Position numbers and translations under genes: made by a program
Origin: a virus
Strand: one strand, 5' to 3'
Virus record (IMG/VR): IMGVR_UViG_3300009152_000039
Coordinates: 1 to 64,000 of that record
Length of the DNA: 64,000 bases
The notes under the pieces: generated by a model
Told to the model about the DNA's origin: nothing
Databases searched by the model: none
Seen by the model: only the letters and a program-made list of their open reading frames with translations
Part shown: piece by piece, positions 25,740 through 36,600 of the stretch
Layout: each line of letters starts with the position of its first letter
Position numbering within the stretch: position 1 is the first letter of the stretch

Positions 25740-26030
25740 ATGCCAGCGGCAACAAGAGTAGGGGATGCTGATTCTGCACACTGTTCAGGAATGGTTAGAG
25801 CAGTGGGTTCAGGAAATGTTTTTGTGAATGGTCGTCCTTGGTCCAGGCAAGGTGATGTAAACACAGTACATCTTTTGCCAGGTAGTCCTTGTCCTGCACA
25901 CTCAGCACCAATAACAATAGGATCTGCTTCTGTTTTTGTTAATAACAAGGGTGCTGGTAGGGTAGGTGATGCTATCACAGGATGTACGTCCGTTGCTGCT
26001 GGATCATCAAACGTTTTTGCCGGAGGATAG
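25740..26030 (+). CDS. PAAR spike-tip protein (gp5.4-like)
   Basis: MPAATRVGD, HC, GSxxVFVN repeats, H..P..CPAH. Confidence 0.9.
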   Translation: MPAATRVGDADSAHCSGMVRAVGSGNVFVNGRPWSRQGDVNTVHLLPGSPCPAHSAPITIGSASVFVNNKGAGRVGDAITGCTSVAAGSSNVFAGG

Positions 26031-26456
26031 ATGGCAGTTTCATACGCAGATAAATTTACAACAACAGCGCTATACAATGAAAGGTATAGTGACTTCCGTA
26101 CCAACTTTGATAGAAATTTTGGAACTGGTGATCTTGCTAGGGTCACTAACGAAGAGTCAATTTACACTTCCCTCAAAAATATAGTATTCACTCGCAAAGG
26201 AGAGCGTCCTTTCTTTCCGGAATTTGGATGTAACATTACCTCAGTACTTTTTGAAAACTATAACAGGTTTACTCAAAGAACAATAGAGACAGAAGTTAAA
26301 ACCGCTATAGAGAATTTTGAACCAAGAGTGTCTGTAATAAGAGTGGTGGTGGATGGTAAGCCAGATAACAATACTGTAAATCTTAATCTATATTTTACCA
26401 TAATAAATAGACCAGAAACTCTCTCTGTTAGCTTCCTTCTTTCAAGAATAAGATAA
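26031..26456 (+). CDS. gp25: baseplate wedge subunit
   Basis: YSD, SLKNIVFTRKGERPFFPEFG, FEPRV. Confidence 0.92.
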   Translation: MAVSYADKFTTTALYNERYSDFRTNFDRNFGTGDLARVTNEESIYTSLKNIVFTRKGERPFFPEFGCNITSVLFENYNRFTQRTIETEVKTAIENFEPRVSVIRVVVDGKPDNNTVNLNLYFTIINRPETLSVSFLLSRIR

Positions 26457-26457
26457 A

Positions 26458-28245
26458 ATGGCAAATTCATCAATTAATCTAGTCGACCTGGATTTTAATG
26501 CTTTAAAAACATCTTTCAAAGATCATCTTACTTCTCAAGCAAGATATAAAGACTTCAACTTTGATGGATCTAATATTAACGTTCTTCTTGACGTGTTAGC
26601 ATATAACTCCTATCTGAACACCTTCTATCTTAACATGGTAGCTAGTGAGATGTTTTTAGATACTGCGCAGTTACGTGATAGCGTGGTATCTCATGCCAAA
26701 GAATTGAATTACCTGCCTAGATCGTTTAGGTCTGCCCAAGCTAACGTTAACATTGCTATAACCCCATCTACAGCTGTCGACTCTGTAGAGATTCCATCTA
26801 AGACTTCATTTACATCAAGAGTAGGGTCTGATACCTACAACTTTGTGACTGATGAAAGCACAATAATTACCACCAGCAATAGCGGTGTATTTTATGCTAA
26901 CAACATTACATTGTATGAGGGAGTATATGTAACGGACACATTTGTTAAAAACGGAGTGATTGATAATCAAAGATTTGTTTTAACTAATCCAAATATAGAC
27001 ACCAGTAGTATAGAAATTACTGTTACAGAAAACAGCGGTGCTAATGTATCTACGTATGTACAGTCATTTTCAACGTTTGGTTTATCCTCAAACTCGAATA
27101 TATTCTTTGTTCAAGCAGCAGAAACCAACCAGTACGAGGTTGTTTTTGGAGATAACACCTCAGGTAGATCTCCTCTTGATGGAGCTGTCATTGAAGTTGT
27201 GTACAGAATCTGTAATGGGGAACTTCCTAACGGATCAGATAATTTTATAAACAACAGCAGCATAGATGGTCATTCAAATATATCAACTACATTGAACCAA
27301 GAAGCTGTGAATGGATCAGTATCTGAAACTATAGAATCTATAAAATATAATGCTCCAAGAAGTTTTCAGTCTCAAGAGAGAGCTGTTACCGAGAGTGACT
27401 ATAAAACTCTGCTGCTCAGAGAGTTTCCGGAAATTCAAGCAATATCTGTTTATGGTGGTGAGAAAGAAGATCCACCTCAGTATGGCAAGGTGTTTGTTTC
27501 TGTAGATATTACTAATTCTGAAGGTGTACCTGACATATACAAGAACCTTTACAAAGCATTTCTTGAGGATAAGGTTCCTCTTGGTATAACTGTGGATGTT
27601 GTTAATCCTGATTTTGTTTATTTAGATGTTGTGTCCAATGTAAATTATGATTACAATAGCACTACTCTCTCTACTGAAGAGATAAGAACTCTAGTTACCC
27701 AGGCTATTATAACCTACAACAATACGTATCTGAACGACTTTAATGCTAAGTTTAGATATAGTAATTTTGTTTCGTATATTGACAGCGTTACCCCTTCTAT
27801 CATCAACAATGATACAGAGTGTATCCCATACTTTCTTTTAAATCCAACATTATCTGTTAACAATGATTTTTTTCGCTCATTTGGTGCAGAAGTCTTGATT
27901 ACAACACCCACCACCAAGACTCATGATTTGTTAACAGACCGTGGCGTGTACTCTACTGACTTTGTGTATGATGGGAAGAGATGCCAGCTTGAAGATGATG
28001 GTGCTGGAAGTATACGAATTGTGAATGTCACAACCACAGCTCACGTAGAAGTAGTTAAGGTTGGAACCATTGATTACACTACAGGCACAATTTCCATTGG
28101 TAATTTCAATGTTTCAAGCTATACAGGAAACGGTATTAAACTATACGCTAAATTAGTAACTCGAGACTTCCAATCCAATTTAAAATATATTCTTACTATT
28201 AATACAGGTAGTATTAACGTAACAGTAAACCCTGCTAGACCATGA
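26458..28245 (+). CDS. gp6: baseplate wedge subunit
   Basis: LDF..LK, DFNFDGSN..VLLDVLAYN, QERAVT..DY, GGEKEDPPQYGKVF. Confidence 0.93.
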   Translation: MANSSINLVDLDFNALKTSFKDHLTSQARYKDFNFDGSNINVLLDVLAYNSYLNTFYLNMVASEMFLDTAQLRDSVVSHAKELNYLPRSFRSAQANVNIAITPSTAVDSVEIPSKTSFTSRVGSDTYNFVTDESTIITTSNSGVFYANNITLYEGVYVTDTFVKNGVIDNQRFVLTNPNIDTSSIEITVTENSGANVSTYVQSFSTFGLSSNSNIFFVQAAETNQYEVVFGDNTSGRSPLDGAVIEVVYRICNGELPNGSDNFINNSSIDGHSNISTTLNQEAVNGSVSETIESIKYNAPRSFQSQERAVTESDYKTLLLREFPEIQAISVYGGEKEDPPQYGKVFVSVDITNSEGVPDIYKNLYKAFLEDKVPLGITVDVVNPDFVYLDVVSNVNYDYNSTTLSTEEIRTLVTQAIITYNNTYLNDFNAKFRYSNFVSYIDSVTPSIINNDTECIPYFLLNPTLSVNNDFFRSFGAEVLITTPTTKTHDLLTDRGVYSTDFVYDGKRCQLEDDGAGSIRIVNVTTTAHVEVVKVGTIDYTTGTISIGNFNVSSYTGNGIKLYAKLVTRDFQSNLKYILTINTGSINVTVNPARP

Positions 28246-31200
28246 AACAAATAGAAGATACGATCAGTACCCTTGTTCAGAATCACTTTCCTCAGTTTTA
28301 CAGTGAGGATGGGGAGACGTTTGTTGAATTTGTTAAAGAGTACTACAGGTGGATGGAAAGTACTAATAACACTATATTCTATTCAAGGAACCTTTTAGAG
28401 TTTAGAGATATAGACTCTACAATTGATGAGTTTCTTGTTCATTTTAAAAATAAGTATCTTGCAGAAGCTCCTGTTTTTTATGATAAGACTAGATCAAATG
28501 TAAAACATGCGTTAGACTTTTATAGATCTAAAGGTACAGAGCGTGGTACAAAGCTGGTATTCAGAGAGGTCTACGGACTATCTGATGTCGACATATACTT
28601 CCCAGGAAAAGATATTATCAAGGCTTCCGATGGTGAATGGTACGTTCCTGTTTATCTAGAGGTATCATTATCAGACAAAACAAAAGATTTTGTAGGAAAG
28701 CAGATAACAGGCTCCGCCTCTGGTGCAACTGCTTTTGTTGAGGAGGTAGGTAGAAAGTCTGTGAAAGGGAAGCATTTTGATGTGTTGATGCTTACCAACA
28801 AGCAAGGCGACTTCATATTAGATGATATTATTACTGTTGATGGAAATCTATCAGAATGCCCAATAGTTATTGGTTCTCTTACGAGGGTGCAAGTAGAAAA
28901 TTCTGGAAGAAACTTTGCAGTTGGAGACGTCGTTGATATTATTTCTACTAGGTTAGGTAAGCAAGGTAAAGCTAGAATTGACTCTATAGTTGACTCAACT
29001 GGTAAAGTTACATTTTCTCTGGTTAATGGCGGTACAGGCTACAGACTCACAACTGTTCCTGTAGTTGCTGAAAAAACTATACTAACTGCAAATAGAACCT
29101 CAGCTAATGTTTACATAACAGACTTTACCATTGATGAAATAGTTATTCAACCACTAGCTAATGTTGTGTTTTACTCCTCTAATGCTTTTTTTGGGGTTGG
29201 CACACTTGTTACTGGAAGTAATTCTACTGCTAATGTGGCAACTGGTAGAGTGCTGGGTAAAACACAAAACCAACTAAGTGGAACTGGATCTGCAACATCC
29301 ACGACAAATACTGTCATTGGTGTTGAGACTAGCTTTAATACGCAGATTGCAAATGGTGATTACATTAGATTCCAGTCATGCACTTCAATATACCGAGTAT
29401 CTACTACTACTAATGCCACACATCTGACTTTGACAACAACAGGTCCAAGCCTCACTAATGATCCAATGTACGTTGCAAATGGACATATGCTGTTGATAGT
29501 GACGTCTGGTGACTTTGCATTGGCTGATAGAATAACAAACACTACAGCCTTAATTAGTACATATACTAATAAAACAGCTACTGGTGTATTGATGGGATCT
29601 AACAGTACTGCAATTGGCCTCAAATCAGTATCTAACGTTTTCTCCAGTAACGGATATAATTTTGTGTATGGTCAAACTTCGAATGTATATGCAAATCTAG
29701 TTACAATAGGAACCGGTTCAGGTGCTGGCTTCTCTGTGGGTAGCTTAACAGATGAAGAGACTGTATATCTCAATGAGGATCTATATTATTCAAACAACTC
29801 AATTGCAAATACTCTTCTTACAGGTACAGTATCCTCAAATGCAACAAGTCCTCAAGTAAATGGTACATCAACACTATTTACAACGGAGTTGTATAGAGGG
29901 TCTTATATCATGTTTTCTGGTAGCAATACCGTATTTCAAGTTAATTCTGTAACAAACAATACGGTTTTAATATTGACAGCGAATGGACCTGTTAGTACTG
30001 CTAATTCCATCACAGTCAAACCTGGACCTTACAGAACACTTCCTTTAAATGCTCTCAAGTACGGCTTTCCAAAACTACCGACTGGAAATTCAAGCACAAT
30101 TTTAAATCTGGTATTGACCAGAGGGTCATTTGATATTGGAACAATTGCTTCGTTGACAGGAGTTAGTCCAGGCTCAAATTATAATCTAAATCCACTAGTT
30201 CAAATTCGTGATGTAGGAATATCTGCATTTGACAGAAGAAATCTCCACGTTGAAACAAGTAATACTACCGGTGTTTTTATCGTTGGTGAGGAAATTACAC
30301 AGAATTTTTCTAGACCATCTTACACATTATCAATAAGTGGATCTAATACTGCTTTTACAGATCTTGAAACTGTCACCCAACAGATTAATGCAACATCAAA
30401 CAACTACGGGGAGGTTGTTTCATCTAATACTTCTCTTGCTGTGTTATATACTTCTGGCAATTTTGTCAATTCTGCGCTTGGAGCTAATCTAACAGGAACT
30501 GTGACGTGTAACTCGTCAAGTTCACAAGTGAATGGAACTGCTACTCTTTTCACAAGTCAATTATCAGCAGGGGATTACATTAAGTTTTCTGGCAACAACC
30601 TGTTGTTTCAAGTAAATAACATAACTAGCAATACAGTTTTATTTTTAAAAACGACTGGGGCAGCAATAACTGGGGCAAATACGGTTGCAAAGGCAAGCAA
30701 CGTTGCTGTTGGGTTAGTTGGTGGCAAATACTTTTTTGTTAATACAGCAGTGTCAAACACCGTTTTATCAGCCTCTAGAGGAACAGTGTTAGTAGTTAAT
30801 ACTGAATACCTTGACGTTAAGCGTAAAACATTTAATCAATCTTTCACCTCTTTGGTTGGTATAACAGGATCATTTTCTGGTGCAACAGCAAACGTTGTTT
30901 CAGTTACACAAATTGAAAATTCGGAGTTGATGGGAAACAATGCAATTGTTACCACATCTGCAGGAGTTGTAAACGGCTCTATAGGTAGTATCAGCGTTAT
31001 TGATTCGGGATATGCTTATGAAGACGGAGAAGATATAACCATTACCAAAGAAGGAAGTGCCTTTGTGGCTACTGGTTACGCTAATCTAATTAATCAGGGA
31101 GTTGGTGAAGGATACTTTAAATCTACAAGAGGCTTCTTAAACAGTGATAAATACATTCACGATGGAAGTTTTTATCAAGCGTACTCATACCAGGTCAGAT

Positions 31201-31340
31201 CAGACCTAGCCCTTGGGGTTTATGCTGATACCCTTAAAAAACTCTCTCACGTTGCTGGTACCGAGCTTTTTGGTAACCTCATTAAAACTTCCAATGTAGA
31301 TGTTCAAATTACATCCACCGGCGTAAAAATAGACATATGA
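28242..31340 (+). CDS. gp7: baseplate wedge initiator (gp7-like) with Asn/Thr/Ser-rich inserts
   Basis: FP.F..EDG..FVEFVKEYY, FYRSKGTE, ASDGEW, DGSFYQAYSY, HVAGTELFG. Confidence 0.8.
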   Translation: MKQIEDTISTLVQNHFPQFYSEDGETFVEFVKEYYRWMESTNNTIFYSRNLLEFRDIDSTIDEFLVHFKNKYLAEAPVFYDKTRSNVKHALDFYRSKGTERGTKLVFREVYGLSDVDIYFPGKDIIKASDGEWYVPVYLEVSLSDKTKDFVGKQITGSASGATAFVEEVGRKSVKGKHFDVLMLTNKQGDFILDDIITVDGNLSECPIVIGSLTRVQVENSGRNFAVGDVVDIISTRLGKQGKARIDSIVDSTGKVTFSLVNGGTGYRLTTVPVVAEKTILTANRTSANVYITDFTIDEIVIQPLANVVFYSSNAFFGVGTLVTGSNSTANVATGRVLGKTQNQLSGTGSATSTTNTVIGVETSFNTQIANGDYIRFQSCTSIYRVSTTTNATHLTLTTTGPSLTNDPMYVANGHMLLIVTSGDFALADRITNTTALISTYTNKTATGVLMGSNSTAIGLKSVSNVFSSNGYNFVYGQTSNVYANLVTIGTGSGAGFSVGSLTDEETVYLNEDLYYSNNSIANTLLTGTVSSNATSPQVNGTSTLFTTELYRGSYIMFSGSNTVFQVNSVTNNTVLILTANGPVSTANSITVKPGPYRTLPLNALKYGFPKLPTGNSSTILNLVLTRGSFDIGTIASLTGVSPGSNYNLNPLVQIRDVGISAFDRRNLHVETSNTTGVFIVGEEITQNFSRPSYTLSISGSNTAFTDLETVTQQINATSNNYGEVVSSNTSLAVLYTSGNFVNSALGANLTGTVTCNSSSSQVNGTATLFTSQLSAGDYIKFSGNNLLFQVNNITSNTVLFLKTTGAAITGANTVAKASNVAVGLVGGKYFFVNTAVSNTVLSASRGTVLVVNTEYLDVKRKTFNQSFTSLVGITGSFSGATANVVSVTQIENSELMGNNAIVTTSAGVVNGSIGSISVIDSGYAYEDGEDITITKEGSAFVATGYANLINQGVGEGYFKSTRGFLNSDKYIHDGSFYQAYSYQVRSDLALGVYADTLKKLSHVAGTELFGNLIKTSNVDVQITSTGVKIDI

Positions 31341-33643
31341 GCAAATTAATCACAAATAATTTAAAGTTGTTTAATGTAGATAACTTTATAGAGTCATTTA
31401 CTGAACCCAACTATAACATCTACTATTATTTTCTAGCCAACCCACGTCCATTTACATCAGACAATAGTCCTCCAACATTATACGATAATCCTCAGACAAC
31501 TGAAATTGACGTGTATGATAATATGATATGTGGTAAGAGGATCACGTCGGATGATGTGGTTAAAATGACTACAAGAAGGGATTGGGCATCAGGTACAGTT
31601 TACAGTCCATACTCTCATGATAGTGTGGACCTATTTGAATCAAACTTTTACATAGTTCATCCGGAAAGTGGAAGCTATCACGTTTTTAAATGTATTGATA
31701 ATAATAACGGAGCAAGCTCAACAGTAGCTCCGTTGCTCACTCTGACGGCTGCTGATGACGACTTTTACTTCACCGCTGATGGATACCAATGGAAGTACAT
31801 GTACTCAATCACAAGTTCACAATACAGTAAGTTTGCAACAGCGGACTTTATTCCTGTATATGTAAACGCTAATGTTGTAGGTAATGCAGTCAGCGGGGCT
31901 ATACAGAGCATACAATTAACAAAAGCAGGTGCAGGATATTCTTCTTACAGTAACGGATATTTTCAGGAGGTGAGAGTCGGTGGTAATCCTCTTGTGTATG
32001 CTATAGACTCTGCTACTGCATCATCCAATGCAAACTTCTATATTAACAGTGCCATTAAAATATCGTCTGGTCCTGGTAGTGGTCAACAGAGACTTATTAC
32101 TGGGTATACTGTTTCTGGGTCAACAAGACGTGTCATTATTGATTCGGCTTTCTCCACAGATCCTACAACAGCATCAAAATATGATATTTCTCCACTCATA
32201 CAAATTACAGGAGATGGATCTGGTGCATTAGCTCGAGCAGTTGTTAACGCTACAAGTAACTCTATTCAAAGTATTGAAATAACTACTAGAGGCGAGGGAT
32301 ACACATATGCATCAGTAGTTATCACGGGTAATACTGGTGTCATTAATGTATCTACTGGATCAACAACTACTAACACTGCAGAGGCTAAAGTAATTATAAG
32401 TCCTACAGGTGGGCATGGTAGCAATGCCGCAGCAGAACTGGGATCAAGAAATGTGGGTATGAGTGCAGAGTTTGATAGCACCCTATCTGGTGGTAAAGTT
32501 GTTGATGAGAATGACTTTAGAGTAGTAGGTATTATTAAAGATCCTTTGTTCGCTAATGTTATTCTTGCGGTGAGTAATGGGACTGGTACTTTTTCGGATG
32601 GTGAGGTTGTTTACCAATCTCAAGGTTCTCCTATTGCCGGTATAGTAATAACAAACCCAGGGTCGGGTTATTCTTCAAACGCAACTGTCACAATATCTGG
32701 TACCAGTTCTGTTGTAGCAATAGCTAATGCGTCATCAAATTCTACTGGAAGAATTTCACAAATTAATATAAGCAATACTGGCCAAGGATATATTGCACCT
32801 ACCGCTACAATATCAGCTCCAGCTCCTGTGACGTTTAACGCAAACACCGATGTTAATGGTACAACAGATTTCATAACAATATCAAATAATGTATTTCAAA
32901 ATAATGACATTGTCAAATACTTAGTTGCTACTGGTAATACCGCTATTACAGGTCTTGCTAATAATACTTCATATTATGTTGTACAAGCAAATTCAACTGG
33001 CGTTAAGTTGTCTTCAACATTAAACGGATCAAACGTTAATATAACAGCCAGTGCTACTTTAGAATCAGGCCATAGCCTAACCGGCAACACTGCGACTGCA
33101 GTCGTAGTGGTCGATACCAACAAAACTACAACTGCATATGGAGTAGTTACTTTTGCAAACAGTTCTGTAGTGAGGTTGAGTAATTCGTTTGGTATTTTTG
33201 TTACTGGAAATTCATCTACTAGTGTACTGACTGGAAACACCTCCGGATATATTGCTACTTGTGATTCTGTGACTCAGCCAACCACTTACTTTGACCAGAC
33301 TTACAAAGTAATAGGTACTATGACAACAAGTGAATTCATAGAAGATGAGCTGATAGTACAAGCACAAACAGAGTCTAATGGATATTTCTATTCTCAAAGC
33401 GGTACAGGATCAAATCCTCGTACAGTTAGATTGGTAAATAAACGTGGAACAATAAATCAATCCGATATTTCGGTCAATTACACGATTAATGGAGTTACGT
33501 CTGGTGGAAGTTTAAATGTGTCGGCACTTGTAGAGCCTGATTTAGTACACGGCTCTGGAGATGTCATATATATTGAAAACTTCATACCAGTTGAAAAGAC
33601 CGCTGGACAGACTGAGACTATCAAACTTATACTTAAATTTTAA
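31337..33643 (+). CDS. gp8: baseplate wedge subunit (gp8-like) with inserts
   Basis: VFKCIDNN, DGYQWKYMY, ISPTGGHGSNAAAELG, NDFRVVGIIKDP, SGDVIYIEN. Confidence 0.85.
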   Translation: MSKLITNNLKLFNVDNFIESFTEPNYNIYYYFLANPRPFTSDNSPPTLYDNPQTTEIDVYDNMICGKRITSDDVVKMTTRRDWASGTVYSPYSHDSVDLFESNFYIVHPESGSYHVFKCIDNNNGASSTVAPLLTLTAADDDFYFTADGYQWKYMYSITSSQYSKFATADFIPVYVNANVVGNAVSGAIQSIQLTKAGAGYSSYSNGYFQEVRVGGNPLVYAIDSATASSNANFYINSAIKISSGPGSGQQRLITGYTVSGSTRRVIIDSAFSTDPTTASKYDISPLIQITGDGSGALARAVVNATSNSIQSIEITTRGEGYTYASVVITGNTGVINVSTGSTTTNTAEAKVIISPTGGHGSNAAAELGSRNVGMSAEFDSTLSGGKVVDENDFRVVGIIKDPLFANVILAVSNGTGTFSDGEVVYQSQGSPIAGIVITNPGSGYSSNATVTISGTSSVVAIANASSNSTGRISQINISNTGQGYIAPTATISAPAPVTFNANTDVNGTTDFITISNNVFQNNDIVKYLVATGNTAITGLANNTSYYVVQANSTGVKLSSTLNGSNVNITASATLESGHSLTGNTATAVVVVDTNKTTTAYGVVTFANSSVVRLSNSFGIFVTGNSSTSVLTGNTSGYIATCDSVTQPTTYFDQTYKVIGTMTTSEFIEDELIVQAQTESNGYFYSQSGTGSNPRTVRLVNKRGTINQSDISVNYTINGVTSGGSLNVSALVEPDLVHGSGDVIYIENFIPVEKTAGQTETIKLILKF

Positions 33644-33654
33644 CAGAGGAATCA

Positions 33655-36600
33655 ATGGCTTCACTGGATACTAATTTTAACGTCTCTCCTTACTTTGATG
33701 ATTACGATCAGGAGAAGAATTATCACCGAATTCTTTTTAGGCCTGCTGTCCCTATCCAAGCAAGAGAGCTGACCCAGTTACAGACAATTCTTCAAAATCA
33801 AGTTGAGAGATTTGGAGATAACATCTACAAACAAGGTACAATTATTCAAGGTTGTACCTTCAGCTACGATTATAACTATCAGTACATTAAAATTAAAGAT
33901 CTTCAAGGTGACGGTCAAACAGTTATTCCGTCTGACTATTTAAATTTATATGCTACAGATCTATCTACAAATTTAAATGCTATTGTTGTCAACTATACAA
34001 ACGGTCTTGAGTCTCAAGATCCTGACACGAATATATTATACGTCAAGTATCTTAATACAGGAACGGCACAGCAAAAGAAGTTCTCAAATAATTCAACTAT
34101 TACTCTATTTAACCAGGACTACCGACTTGATTCAGTAAGAATAGATGGTGGTGGTACTAGCTACACAAATAACGACTTCTTGATTTTTACAGGAGGTAGT
34201 GGTACCGGTGCAGCAGCTAATGTAATTACTTACTCTAACGGAACAATTAGAAGCTTTTCTTTCAGTGCATATGGCAACGGATACATCACTGCCCCTACCG
34301 TAACTGTTAACACCTCAACAGGGTCTGGTGCATCACTTGCAGCTTTGAACTATATTGCTGAAGTTACTGTTGCAAATAATCTTTTTGTTGCTAACACAAC
34401 ATCTAGTGGTATTAACGTTGCTACAACACCAGTTGGTACAGGTACTGCAGTTATTGTAAGTGATGGTATAATCTATCAAAAAGGTCACTTTGTAAGAGTG
34501 GAAGAACAAACAGTAATTGTTGATAAATTCACCACTAATCCAAACAATGTAGTTCTTGGATTCTACACTCAAGAATCTATTGTAAACAGTAGTGTTGATT
34601 CAACTCTCCTTGATAACGCACAGGGATATTCAAACTACACAGCTCCCGGGGCTCACAGATTGAAACTCACTCCCCAGATTCAGGTTCTTAATAAAGAAGA
34701 TGCGCAAGCTAATTCAGAATTCTTCAAGCTCGTAGAATTTGAAAATGGAAGAGTTACAAAAAGGAAAACTGAAACGGAATTCAACTCCATTGATAGAAAA
34801 CTTTCGCAAAGAACAGCTGAAGAAAGTGGAGACTACGTTGTCAGTCCGTTTACAATCAACACAGAAGATATTGCGGGAAGCACCAATCAAATAAAGGTTG
34901 TTATTAGTTCTGGTATTGCATATGTTGATGGTCAGAGAATAGAGACCAATGATTCAACAAGATTGACTGCAAGGCAGGGAATTGATACATCAATTGCACT
35001 TAATCAGACAATAAAAACTAACTATGGCAACTATGTTTTAATTAATGAAGCACATGGGGTATTTAATTTTACTTCTGGTGGTACTGTAAACTTACGTAAT
35101 ACAGCTGCAACCGACGTTACAGATAACTTTGCTGGTGCACCAACAACTCCTGGAAGTATAATTGGTACAGCCAAAATGAGATCTTTGGAATATGATTCCG
35201 GAACTATTGGAACTCCAAGCGCTGTTTATAGACTTTACTTGTTTGGTATTGTAATGTCATCTGGACAAAGCTTTTCACAAGTAAGATCTGTCCAATCTTC
35301 TGGAAGCGTTGCTGACGTTGTTCTTAACACGAGCGGCACAGCTGATCTGAAAGATACAACTTATGATACCTTAGTATTTCCTTCTGGATATAATTCTGTT
35401 AAATCTGTTTCTAATGCAGATTTTATATACAGAACAGTTGCAGCTAATACTCTCACAACTAACGGCAACACTACGATTGAGTTAACTGGTACGTATGATT
35501 ATTTTCCGTACACTTTTAACAGTTCACTCAATGAAATAGAGGAAAGGGATTTCATTGTAATTCCTACTGCAAATGCTATTGGCTCTACCAATTTATCTGG
35601 AACTGTCACATCGTCTGGTAACGTTATTACAGGTACTACAACTTCATTCGCTACGCAATTAGTCGCCGGTGATTATGTTAAATTTTCTAGTAACACTACT
35701 ATTTTTCGTGTTAATTCTATTACCAATGCCACTAGCTTTGCAGTTAACGGTACAACAGGTCCTGCTGTTACTGCTAATACTTTAACACTAGCATTCCCAG
35801 CAAATGTTCCTATTAGACTTGATAGAACTGGAGCAAATGTTCAGATTGATAGTACTGGTAAGAGAGCGTACGTATATATTGGCAACACTATTACTGGTAC
35901 AGCCGCGGTTTCCATTATTCACAATGTCAAAGTTTCACCTAATACATCAGTTTCCATCCACAAGGTTAAGACTGTTAACAAATCAGTTTATGTTAAATTA
36001 TCAACTGCACAATTAACATCCACGACTACTGGTCCTTGGTGTTTAGGGATTCCTGATGCATACAAGTTGAACGCTGTTTACGTTGGCACATCAAACACTT
36101 ATTCTAATACGACAACTAACTATGCTTCAAGCTTTGAGCTCGTCACTGGTCAGACTGATAATATATACGGACTTTCGTATCTAAAGTATAGTCCAGGCAG
36201 CACATTGTCTCTCACAGGTTCAAGCTGTCTATTAGTCAGTGTTGATTGTTTTACGCACGCAACCGGATACTACATAAGCACTAATTCATATCCTGTTAAT
36301 GATTCAAACACATACAATAGTGCAACCAACATTAAAACAATTGATATTCCTACATTCAAGTCTCCTAAGACAGGATCCATATCAAGTCTAAGAGATGTCA
36401 TTGACTTTAGACCAATAGTTGCAAATACTGCTAACGTCAGTGCTACAGCTGTGAGTGGAGCTACTGTTGATCCTGTAACTACAGAGACTATTACTGGTTC
36501 TACGTATTTTCCAACCCCAAATGAAACATTTGAGGCTGATGTTGAGCGTTATCTGGCAAGATCTGACTTGATTCTCCTAGATCGGAACGAAAATATTATT